In this document: piece by piece, positions 13,190-24,784 of the stretch
Position numbering within the stretch: position 1 is the first letter of the stretch
Layout: each line of letters starts with the position of its first letter
Source: Mobula hypostoma
Lineage: Eukaryota
Assembly (NCBI RefSeq): GCF_963921235.1
Contig: NC_086097.1
Span: 217,436,001 to 217,500,000 of the forward strand
Direction of reading: 5' to 3'
DNA length: 64,000 bases
Made by a program: the position numbers and the translations under genes
The notes under the pieces: model-generated
Database searches by the model: none
The model's input: only the letters and a program-made list of their open reading frames with translations
What the model was told of the DNA's origin: nothing

Positions 13190-14235
13190 AATAAAACACA
13201 AAATACTGGAGGAACTCAGCAAGTCAGGCAGCATCTATGGAAACGCATAAATAGTCAAAATTTCGGGCCAAGACCCTTCTTCCGGACTGGAAAGGAAAAG
13301 GGAAAAAGCCAGAATAAAAAGGTGGTGTAAGGGGAAGGAGGATAGCTCGGTGACAGTGAAGCTAGGTAGGTGGGAAAGGTACTGGAGAGAAAAGACTCTG
13401 ATAGGAGAGGAGAGTGGACTACAGGAGAAAAGGAAGGAGGAGGGGCAACAGGGTGAGGTGATAGGTAGGTGAGAAAAGGCAAGAAGTCAAAGTGAAGAAT
13501 AGAAGAGGACGGGGGGGGGGATTTTTTTTAAACTGGAAGGAGAAATCAATATTCATGCCTTCAGATTGGAGGCTACCCAAACTGAATACAAGGTGTTCCT
13601 CCACTCTGCGAGTGGCTTCATTACAGCACAAGAGGAAGCCATGGACCGATATTTCTGAACAGGAAAAGGAAGCAGAATTAAAATGGTTGACCACCAGGAA
13701 ATTCTGCTTTTGACATTTGGAGGAGGTACTAGCCCTCAATTTACATTAGGTCTCACCAAGGGAGAGGAGGTGCATTGGGATCACCAGCTACAACAGATAA
13801 CCCTAACAGATTAACAGGTGAAGGGCTGACTCATCTGGAAGGACTGCTTGGGGCCCTGAATGGAGGTGAGAGAGAAAGTGAATGGGCAGGTGTAGTACTT
13901 TGGCTGCTTGCAAGGATAAGTGCCTGGAGGGAGATTAGTGGGAAGTGACAGATGGACAAGGGAACCAGAGGGAGGATTTCCAGCAGAAAGCGGAGAGTGG
14001 GGTGGAAGTAAAGATGTGCTTGATGGTAGGATTACTTTGGAGATGGCAGAAGTTGTGGAGAATTATGCATTGAAGGTTCTGGTAGGTTAGAACAAGAGGA
14101 ACTCTATCCCAGCAGGAAGATGGGGTGAGCACAGATGTTCAGGAAATGGAAGAGATGCAGGTGAGGGCAGCATCAATGGTAGAGAAGGGACAGCCCATTC
14201 TTGAAGGAGGTGGATATCTCTGATGTCCTGGAAAG
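13190..14235 (-). mobile_element. Penelope-like element 3' fragment (RT C-terminus, GIY-YIG region, pLTR with degenerate hammerhead)
   Basis: Degenerate peptides DRVPLVLTY...LQSNPTIKHIF and VNHFNS...RRVEEHLVFSLGSLQSEGMNIDF, pyrimidine-rich 3' region, hammerhead remnant at 13253-13290. Confidence 0.8.
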
Positions 14236-15324
14236 TATATCAATATGTTCTGTTGGCAGCAAAAGTGAAACACTTTTTTCAACCTGAAATTACTAAACAT
14301 GCCAAGCCATTCTCACCCACTATCATACAAAATGGACAATTTTTTTAAAGACTCCCCCCGCCAAGAAAATGAGTAAACATTACAGAGTATAACACCAACA
14401 TACTCAATCAACATTTAGTCAATTTATCTCAGTATCCCAAGATGCCTACATTTGCTCTTACAGTTAATAATTGAGGTTGAGTTTTGAAGCACTGTCTATA
14501 TAGAAGCAAGGAAGTTTATAGATTTAATTCATTAATGTAGCAGGCAAAATTGTACTGATATTAGAACAGATCCTTTAAAACTCTAATAATGTACAGCTCT
14601 CAATATAGTATTTGCAAACCATACTGAGGTCTATTTATAGAAACTAAATCCATTTATGTTGAATAAATATGATTTTTAAAAATTAGTTCTTAATTGCTAG
14701 CTTATGTTCTATTTCACTGCTTACACAGTTAATTTTATCCACAAGTTATTCATAATGCAGTACAATGAATTAATAAATAATAGTTACATGTGTTAAACTC
14801 TACCCAGAAACCTGTGAATCTGAGATAAGTTGCAATCAAATACAAGCACCCCTAAATATATTAAATTCCAGAATATCTCTTTTGTCCTGTCAACACACAT
14901 CTACCAATATTTTTCATGTGGTCAGAATGCTATAAAAACATTATGGTGTCTGTTCTTCCTTCCTAATACTTTCCACATCATGATCTAATTAGCTGAAGTA
15001 ACAGCTGGATGAAATGACTTGCAGGCTTCATCACATCATTGTACTGGCTGCATGAAGTGCACTAGCTTCACGCTTGCTAAATATATGCAGGTAAACAGTG
15101 CTGCAGCCTTGCAACACAATCTATTGCAACTCTTAAAATGAATGTGGATTGCAATAGACCAGTTGGCTTTTCAGGAACCTGCCAATGAACCTATTAGTAT
15201 ACCTTCCCAAAATTTGCTTCAAATTTCCACCTTCTGTATTTCTTTCTTTTAAGATGTCCACCAGTTAACTCCAGCCCCATAATACACCTATTTAACTAAA
15301 ATGATACAAAATATAATTTCTCAC

Positions 15325-17932
15325 CCATTAAGGTTGCAAGAAGGCAGAGGGATGACAATTCGAGATCAATGTGGTCTTGCACATCCTTAACAGAAGCTCG
15401 ACCAGATGGTTCATTCTCTTCAGCTTTCCAGGAATGTGCCGCAGATGTTGAAGCAGCAGGTACAGATTCCTTGTTGTCCTTCATGATCTCCACAGATACC
15501 CGATCACCATGCTGTAGGGGCAAAACATCATTCTCAAATCCCACCTGGGGAGGATGCAACTCCTTTGGAGGGAAGCCATACCGTATGCATTGCAAATGAG
15601 GAGGAAGGTTAAACTCTTTTGCTATACTTTCTTGAAATTCAGAGAATGTGACTGATAATTGAAGTGTTAGGGTTGCCTGCCTCCCGTCGCTAGTAGTTAC
15701 TCTGATCTTTTTCTCCTTTACAGGTAATGGGGAATAAGGGGACTTAGAAGGAGTAGCAGGGGCAGATGATGAACCATCTTTAACAATCCCATGAACAGAT
15801 GGTTGGCCTGGTCCTTTCAGATCCTGTCGTGGCTTATCAGTTTTCTTTTTCTGCATAATTGCTGCATGGTCAATAATATTCTGCTGAATATCTCGTTCAG
15901 TTTTACTCATGTTCAGTTCTTCTTTGTGCAGAGTCTTTGATTTCTGACCCATTAAAATAATTTTGGTAGGCAAATGTGGTTCTGGTGTTGGTTCATCTTG
16001 CAAGTCTCCAACTCTACGACTATGTGCGCCTTCAACAGTGACTGGAGTATATTCATCAGGATTCTTTTTGGCTGTATGATGTAATATTGTGTTAACAACT
16101 TTCTGAATCAAAATTTCACTTCCAAATTCACCTGGAAAATGTTTGGTGACAAGCTTCATAGCAACATCATAAACATTGCTGTTTAGAGCTAATTCACTTT
16201 CATACTGAAACCAATATACACTTTCTCGTACCACCCTTCCACTCCATTCCAAAGTTATTGGAAAGGCTTCAGGCAAGTTATCATATTCTTTTCCCTCCCA
16301 GTAATGCTTGTAACCACAACCACATTTGCCGCCAGTTGATCTGGAGTTAGTTCGATCTCCATCTAAATACACGACAGAACCATCTCCTCTAACATGACGC
16401 ATGGACGTACCATGGCACCAGTTGCACGATGTTAAGTGACTCAAATTATAATCTGGAACCAGTACATCATTTTTTGGATCATAGGAACATACAAGATGGT
16501 TAACAGGAAAGCTATAATTTTTGTCTGCTTTCAGTTGACCATGTGTGCTTGCAGCTAAATTGTACAGTTTTCCTCCTGGAACCAGCCACTCTGCCGGCAC
16601 ATGTAGCTCTGAAAGAGCACCACAAATTAAGCATTTCTGCAAACGGTTCTCAATTACAGCTTTCTTTGCAGCTTCAGTTACATCTTCAGGCTGTATTCCA
16701 ATCACTCCTGTCCTTCTGTATATGTACTGATGAACATCTGCTACCAGTGAAGGATGGATGTCATGCTTCTTTAAGAAAATCTCTTCCATTGCAGCAACAA
16801 GCCTCTGCAAGTATTTATCCTGCAAACTTCGGTCACCTCCTAATGTACAACTGTCATCTTCAAACAATATGTATTTCCGAATAAGCTCTTGTGGAACACC
16901 CCAAGCTTTAGGCAACAGTTTCAAAGGAAGCCGAGGTAAAGGACCACTTTTAATTCCAACCAAAGGTATATAATGGTTGCGTCCCGAACTGCTCCATGCA
17001 ATACAAATAGGCTTATTAAGCTGTCCATCCTTCCCCTGACATTTATCTTCAGGAACTAATCCTGGGAGGAAAGTAGCCGAATAATCTCCACAGCTTCGCA
17101 TTCCACTCAGGGAATCTAATAAAATAATTGGGCGATGTAATACGTTAGCCAAACCAAAAATATGAATGTTACGTAGACCCAAAGGAACTCCTTCAGGTGG
17201 AACAAACAAAGGATCACATTCATTAATTATATCCTCCCATTCTGCTGCATCAATGAAGTCATGGAATAATGCTTTGTAACTATCCAGGTTCACCTTAAAA
17301 TGTAGTTTGAGATTTTCACGTAGGGCATGCCAGAAAAGCTCTCTACCAACCAAAGCCCTAGACACAGCATGAACTAAACAATGGCCATCACCGTCAACGT
17401 GAACAGGAATTAAACATTCTTGATTATTATTTGCTTTTTTGATCTCCTCCAGGGTATCATGGAGATATAACAGACTTCCCGAGCGGTCTTTACCATAACC
17501 CATAGTCCCAATGTGCTCTGGATCAATAAGGAAAGCCCTGTCACCCAACAAAGCACAATCAAACATTTCCCCCTGGTTCATCTCTCTTAGGAGTTTGGCC
17601 TTCCCAGTTTGTTTATCCATGCCATATCGGGTCAGGATGGGAGACAGCAGCTTGCAGTGGTAGTTGGACAGCCCCATTACTTTCACCATTTCCGTGCCCT
17701 TTTTGGGGGCCGTGACTCCCAACAAAGCATTCCTCAGCAGGTTGTGCAGTACCACGTCAGGGTCGGTGACTTCCTCTACCTTGAGCAGATTTCTTTGTTC
17801 ATGGCGCTGGCCGCATTCGGTGCATTCTATACTGACTCCATAGGCTGGGAAAAATAGCCGAGCTTGGCACTTAGGATCCGGACACGTACCCGATAGAATA
17901 CGCCTGTCTTTTTTCTTAGACCCTTGCAACAT
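15325..17932 (-). CDS. VCPIP1: VCPIP1/VCIP135 coding exon 1 (OTU deubiquitinase domain, p97/VCP-binding regions incl. UBX-like domain)
   Basis: The 878-aa ORF closely resembles recalled vertebrate VCPIP1 (DRRILSGTCPDPKCQARLFFP; OTU catalytic DGDGHCLVHA and RNHYIPL; UBX-like KKIRVTTSDGR...YGFPPKEL; ends SLCLLATLMG). Phase-1 donor ATG G|GTGAGA at 15325/15324, so the last ORF residues (EKLYFVSF) are intronic. Confidence 0.97.
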
Positions 17933-18059
17933 TGTTTCATTTATTAATCCGGGTTATAATAAAATCAATCCATATATTTTGTAACCGTCCCTGCTCAGAG
18001 TGTCATGGTCAGTCGATTCTAGGAGAAGCTGCTCCTGTTAGCAATATTCTTCAGTGGGA

Positions 18060-18400
18060 GGCAAAACGCGGAAGTACTCGGCTCCCTTCTCTTTCTCCTT
18101 CCACTCACAGTTTCCGTTAGCAAATGAAACGAAACAAGTCTCCTTTATTGAAGCCAGAAGAGACAGCGGCGAGTGCAGCTGACGGAGGCACGCATGCGCT
18201 GAGGGCGCAAGGGGCGACGGTGCTTGTAGTTTCCTTCGCCTTTGGTATTGCGCATGGAATGGAGGTCTTGAACTACAATTCCCGGAGGATACCGCACCGA
18301 CCGCGATTGTCTGTCGAGCTGGGGGACCCGGACAGCCGGACGAGCGAAAGGTGTGCTGGGAGCAGAGGTGATGGTTCTGTCCCGTTTGTTTTTTTTCCCC
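18060..18400. promoter_or_regulatory. CpG-rich, probably bidirectional VCPIP1 promoter
   Basis: CpG-rich island in an otherwise CpG-poor window. ETS/GABP CGGAAGT at 18069-18075, NRF1-like CGCATGCGC at about 18191-18199, ZNF143/SBS ACTACAATTCCC at 18272-18283, and an extra ACTACA on the minus strand at about 18225-18230. Confidence 0.8.
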
Positions 18401-19339
18401 CCCGAGATGATTTTGAAAAATCAGCGATAATAGGAATTGCTCTGCTTCTGATCATGTGACTTAGTTACCCCAATTGAAGCGATTCGTACTCCCTTCCCAG
18501 AGAAGTTCCACCTTGTGATATGATGTCTCGTTGTAGTTTTTCAAATATGTTTTGCTCCTGACTGCGAGGCCGTGAGCGCGCTGGTTCGGCAGTTTAGAAC
18601 GAGCTGCCGGGCCTTCTGCTGAGGAAAATCGATGTCATAGTAACCATCATTGTCCTGATTTGATCATGTTTAACTTTACTTTAGCGTACGTGCTTGCGAA
18701 ATGTTCGCCACTCGTGCCGTAAGGTATTGTTCTCTGGTGGGATGTGATGTAGTAGTGTCTTTGTACTGGTTGGAGTGCTGGAGGTGCTTCCTAATGCAGA
18801 ACGACCAACAAAACAACCAATTCCCAAATAGCAGTAGTGGCTGGTACAAAAATGTATCAGAAGTCATAGGTTTCAATTCTCAAATGCACATTTACACTCT
18901 TGTATTTCCTTACAACAGAGAAGACGGCTACTCGGTTCATCAAGTCTGTGCCTGTTCCATTTCTTCGCTCATTTTCCCTGTAACCCATTCTTCCCCCTTC
19001 TCCAACAATTCTATCATCTAACACAGGGAGCAATTCATGGTAGCCGATTAACCCATGAGCCCGCTTGGCTTTGGGATTGGGGAGAAAATCGATGCCCTCA
19101 CAAGAAGAAAGCATACTCCATGTGGATGACAGCGTAGGTCAAGATGACTGGCTGTGAGGCATAAGCTCTGCGATTGTGATTGTACACAATTTTACTTCAA
19201 AGATGAAAAAACAGATTAAATACATACGAATGGATAATCAAACACAAATTCAAATATGAATTAAATCAGTTAATTAGTCCTAATCTGTGAGATTTGTAGA
19301 GCTGCAAAGATGCTGATGTATTTGGATTCTGTTCTCCAG

Positions 19340-19660
19340 CTTCACCATAGTTCCCGGCTTCCAGTACTTCTATATTCTTCCCATAGTTTCACAATGACGG
19401 TCTTCCATGTTTGGCAGGTAGAGTCTCAAACTTGAAACCATCTGTCCTGACCTTCTAACTTGCAGGAGCCCTATTCATATTTTCTAAGTTGGACTGCACT
19501 ATTTCATCATATCCCCAAACGATAATCCATTATTTCAGCCAAAAAATGATTCTGCCAGAGGGTTTCACCAAAAGGCAACGATTCATGGATCACATGAACT
19601 CCTTCTGTAATATTGCCACTTAACTCTAATCTTCACTATGTGAACAAATTCTTCATATTT
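19340..19660 (+). mobile_element. Very old Penelope RT remnant (tentative)
   Basis: Degenerate FYILP(K/I)HK-like and FMDHMNSF...FT-like motifs in the order expected for Penelope RT. Confidence 0.35.
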
Positions 19661-22600
19661 CTCTTTATACAGTGGTGGATATGTGGATGTCGGGCTGTAC
19701 CAGATTCTGTTGGAACAGAGGAATGTGATACACCCTGTCCACTTGAACACTTTCAGAATCCAGTTCCTCAGGGAAGCAATGTGTTGAGAAATCTGATTCA
19801 GAGCCTTTGAATGGCCAATAGTAATTAAAAGGAGATGCTTCCTTTCCAACTGAAGGCATGCATCATTAAGGACTCGCGTCACTCGAGACATTCTCTTATA
19901 TTACTACCATCAGGGAGGAAGTACAGGAACCTGAAGACCCACACCCAACATTTTAGGAACCTCTCCACCATTACATTTCTGAACAGAAAATTAACCTACC
20001 TCACTACTTTTGCTCTCATTTTGCACCACTTACTTAATTTGTTAATATATATTTCTTATTTAATGAATAGTATTTTATGTATTGCACTATACTAATGCTG
20101 TAAAACAAAAAAAAATTGCTACATTTATCAGTGGTATTAAACCTGATTAGAAGTCAGTAAGTATCTGGTAGGGATAGAGACCCATCTACACCTTATTTAC
20201 TAGAGTGGCAAACTGCTGTGGTCTATAGGTCTGACATACTGGTAATCTTAAAACACTGGATAAGCAACAGATCGTAGATGAACTATCTAGTATACAGAAT
20301 GTCTGGTTACCTTAATTATCAGCAGATACCCAGTTTCAAATTAATTTTTGCACTTTCATAAGGCACCCATGAAAACACATTCATTGCAGGACTTTGCTTT
20401 GATACATAACACGAATGGTTTAGAAATGACAGTAGGATGGCCTATTGTTCGAACGATGCAGTTTTCATCGGAATGACTGACTTTGGTCCCAAAATTTTGA
20501 CCAGTAATATGTGGTCTGTGATTGCAGTTAAATGCCTGTCAAAATTGAAAATTTTGCAGTGAAGAAACCTGAAAAATGATGGTTAGAGCCTCCTTTTAAG
20601 TCTGTGCAGTTTTTCTCAATGGTGGAAAAGGGGAAATATATTGAATTTGTTACTCTATTACATATGTTAGAGATCAATCACATCCAGCCCATAATTGATA
20701 GTTGTAATAGGTCATAATGGACTAAGTTTTTTTAAGTAACTTGTATTCCCTCCATTGTTCTTTACTCCAGAACCAGAGATGCTCTTAGTGTAATGACTTG
20801 TGAAGGGTTTGGTGGCCAAACATGATAATATGTTCAAGCATATCAAATAAAGAGCGATGTTCGGTAACATTAGGTAGGTCTCTCGCATCTAATCTGTTGG
20901 TACCTTTTTCTGTAAAGATCTCGACATGATCCTGCCAACTCTGAATCCCCGAAGGATAACTTTGGAGAAATGCACACGTTTTGTTTAAACTGTATATTGT
21001 GTATTGTGATATGCTGAGAATTTTCTTGACTCCTACAAAAACTCCTGTCTGGTCTCTACAGCATTGGAAGTTTTCACCTGATTGCACAACTATCTCAGGA
21101 TCCCTAATAATGTTTTAACCATTGAAGATTGGAAAATCTTTTGGTCTTAGGTTAACTCCATAAAATAGTAGAATGGTTTAGCATAGAAGTAGGAAATTTA
21201 ACTCAACAAATCTAACTATACTTTTCTTAAAATAATAATGAAGATTATTTCCCCCCGGCCCATGCATCTCCAATTTCCGTTTGAAAAGTCTATTCTGTTT
21301 CCATCATTTCTTCAATTAGTTAATTCCAGATTACAACTACTCTCTGCATTATTGTTCTTTTTCATATTCCCTTTGCATCCTCTACCCCTCGATTTGATGT
21401 ATTTCACTTCTCCAGTTTCTTATGCCCCTTTTTCTTCCACTTATTTTATTTAATTCTCTTTTTGTTTCTCTCATTTTATTTCCACAGCTATGATTTTATC
21501 TCTCCTCTCCTTCTGGAATACAGTTCCAAAGAGTGCAGCTTTTACAAAGTATGAAATTTGGAATAACTGTGAGAGGAGCATGCTTAATGATTTTAAAAAT
21601 GAATCTGTTTCTACAATTTATTTAAGTTTTAGATTGTATTCTGAATAGTTTCTTGAATAATTCCAGAGAACATTCGATTCTAGCAGAATGGAAACCATAA
21701 ATAAGTTATCCCCGTTCAAGAAAGAAGTATAGAAGAAAGCAAGAGCTGAGGGAAAATGCTGAGATACATTACTAAAGAAGTATTAAGAGTACATTTTGGA
21801 AATCAAATTGCAATTAAGCAGATCAACATCGCTGCGAGAAAGGGAAATTGTGTCCAACAAATTTATTGAGACAACAGTGTCAGTCGAAACAATTTATTTT
21901 TCAGGTTGGCAAGCAGTAACCTATAGGGGGGTGCCACAGGGATCAATACTAGGGCCTCAATGACTTACATTGAATATTAATACTTGAATTAAGAAGTTGA
22001 AGGTATGGTAATTAAATTTATTAACAAATTTAGATGAGAATATAAACTGTGAACTGTTAAGGGAGTGAGCAAAAATTGACAGGTGGACTACAGTGAGGTA
22101 AATGTAAAGTCTTTTGATGCAAAAATAAAAATTTCTTTCCACCACTTTTTAACTACTTTGCAGGACGTTTTTAAGCAGGTGTCACATCATTAAATTGGCA
22201 TTAGTAGCCACTCTTGTCGTCTTACTACTACGAGGTGCCTTGTTTTTCCAAGTTAAGTCACATTATATAATTGCAAATTTTTCCTTCTTATTAGAAGAGA
22301 AAACAGTAATTTAAAATGAGCAGATGTTGGAAGTTTGAATGCATGTCATATAATGTCTCAGAAGCAGTTCACTAAGCTTCACAGTGTTTCTCGTCTTTTC
22401 CATTTTTACTATTGGTAATACTTTGGCTTGATAAGGCTGTAAAAATAGCTAATACAATTCCAGGTTTCATCTCTAGAGGTGTGGATATAAAAGACTAGAA
22501 ACTGATAAGCCTGTATAAAACTTCAAAAAGAATTTGGTAACATTCCTGGATATAGAATATAGTCTCTGCTCTGGTAGCAAAGTATTGAGGTTTCAGAGAA

Positions 22601-24399
22601 GGTATATATAGATTCACTATAATGTTATTCACTTTGAAGATTTGAAAAGTTCATCCTTTTTTTTTAAAGTAACATATTTTATGGTATGTTATGAAAAGTG
22701 CTTGAATATCTAGATCTATTCTTAATCCAATATACGTATACTGCATAAAGTATGCTGTACTGAATAAGATTTATTTATTTATTTATTATTATTTTTCTCT
22801 TCTATATTTTGTATTGCATTGAACTGCTGCTAAGTTAACAAATTTTACATCACCATCACTTACCGGAGATAATAAATCTGATTCTGATCTAAACTGTTTC
22901 TGGTTATCAACAAATCAAGAACCAGAAGCTGTGGACAGAAGGTCAGGGCCCAGAAATTCCAGTGAAAAGTGCTGCTTATTTCAGCACTGCACTTTTCATG
23001 GCTTGCTGTAACAGCTGTTTCCAGATAATTTCGCTTACCTCTTTAAACTTGACCAAGTACTTTCAGGGGGGTGCTGCATATGCAGATGTACTGTGGAGAG
23101 CATTCTAATCACTGTCTGGCAGTGGAGGGGGTGGGGGCAAGGAACTGTACAAGATCGAAATAAGCTGCGTAAAGTGGTAAACTCAGTCAGCTCCATCATG
23201 GCCACTAGCCTCCCCAGCATCCAGGACATCTTCAAGAAGTGATGCCTCAAAAAGGCGGCATCCATTGTTAAGGACCCCCATCACCCAGGATACGTCTTCG
23301 TCTCATTGCTGCCATCATGGAGAAGACAGCAAAGGCACACACAATGATTCAGGAATAACATTTTCCCCTCTGCCATTCAGATTTCTGAATGGACGTTGAA
23401 CCCATGAACACTAACTCACTACTTTTTTTCTTTTGGCACTACATCTTCACTTTTTATTATTTATTGCAATAACAACAAATTTCACAACATATTCCAGTGA
23501 TATTAAACCTGATTCTAATTCTGCCTGCAATATTCCCTGAGGTAATTGCTCTATTCCCCCTTTGGAACATTGCAAGAGAAATAAGACCACTTTGTCCAGA
23601 GGTCAAGTTACATTGCTCACAGCAATTTTGTACTTGTGCTACAGTAAACTGGAACCCTACTAAACTCTGATTATTTATATGCTATCCTTTGCATTACCCT
23701 ACCCCATCCACCACGCATTGATGTCACCAGGTTGACTAAACCCCAGCTCTTTTCTGTCACCTATTGATCCTGATCTCTGAACTCATAAATCCCACAAACA
23801 CACTTGATCATGCTCTATTCTTACAGTGGATGACTTCTACATCCTCCTTCCCCTACACCCCCCACCCTGATACTCCAATGACTATATAAAGTCTAGCCAT
23901 CTGGATGCCAATCCAATCTTTAAACATCATGTTTCTTCAGTTACTTTCTGAAGCTCTGAGAACCCCAGACATGTTCCCAGTTTCCAAATCCATACTCTCT
24001 TTACATAATCAGCTGCATTCAAAGGAAAAAGTGAAATTTTCAGTAGCCTACTGCATAACAGCTATGCAATATCATTGCAACAATACACTACAATTTACTT
24101 GGTTAAATATAGTAAGTGGCACAATAAATTTCTTCACACAGTCAGGTGTTTCTATGTCTTCAGAATTGTTGATTGAGCCACAAGCTGTCCACATTCAAGA
24201 TTAAAATTCAGCTATTTTATGAAAGGTTTGAAGGAGAAATTTTTAGGTCATAGGATTCAGAAGGAATAAATCAATTTTAATGACTAAATAGATATAAATT
24301 ATCTATTTACACATTGTATAATATATACACACGCACAAATATAAGTAAAATGTGCATTTAAATTTACGTTTAGGAATCCATTAATTCACTTACAGATTA

Positions 24400-24784
24400 A
24401 TTACTGCCTGTTACACTGCTGGTGTTTAGGGCAGCAATGAAGGCCTTCCATCCCAGTCAGTAGCTTTTTCTGTTTTCACAACTGTCAGTCATGCAAGTCC
24501 CAGGTAGACACTCAGAAATACTGTCATATTCAGATGTAGTAGGATTCTTCATTGTGTTTCCGTAATTTTGTTTTACCATTCAGGGCTGTAAGCCCCAAGC
24601 TGAACCCTGGACCTGCAGGACCAGTGAACCACTCTTAGTCTGGCCTCTACTCTTTGGCCTGTTTGACATGGGTGACCCTCCAAGAGCCAAAGCTTAAAGC
24701 CCTGATTCCGGCCAGTATACATCTCTAGGTCATTGAGGTGTACAAGCCTCCAATCCATGACAAGATTTTGGTCCTCTTGGAGGA
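24400..24784 (-). mobile_element. RTE-clade-derived short bipartite element (5' UTR fused to 3' end)
   Basis: 5' CTTGTCATGG...GGAGGCTTG...CTCAATGACC resembles recalled RTE/BovB 5' ends. The 3' end encodes WKAFIAALNTSS..., like an RTE ORF terminus. No RT in between. Confidence 0.55.

Noticed and set aside
15296..15324. C-terminal EKLYFVSF and stop of the 878-aa ORF as the true protein end or a retrocopy
   Set aside because: It follows a canonical donor and a matching exon 2 exists at 2632-2718; this is intron read-through of a normally large first exon.
15369..17857. Plus-strand ORFs overlapping VCPIP1 exon 1
   Set aside because: Antisense shadow ORFs with no recognisable similarity.
18124..18459. 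111-aa plus-strand ORF
   Set aside because: Runs through promoter motifs in a GC-rich region where stops are scarce; no homology recognised.
20785..21087. 100-aa minus-strand ORF
   Set aside because: Begins at GTG, has no recognisable domain, and has no supporting splice context.
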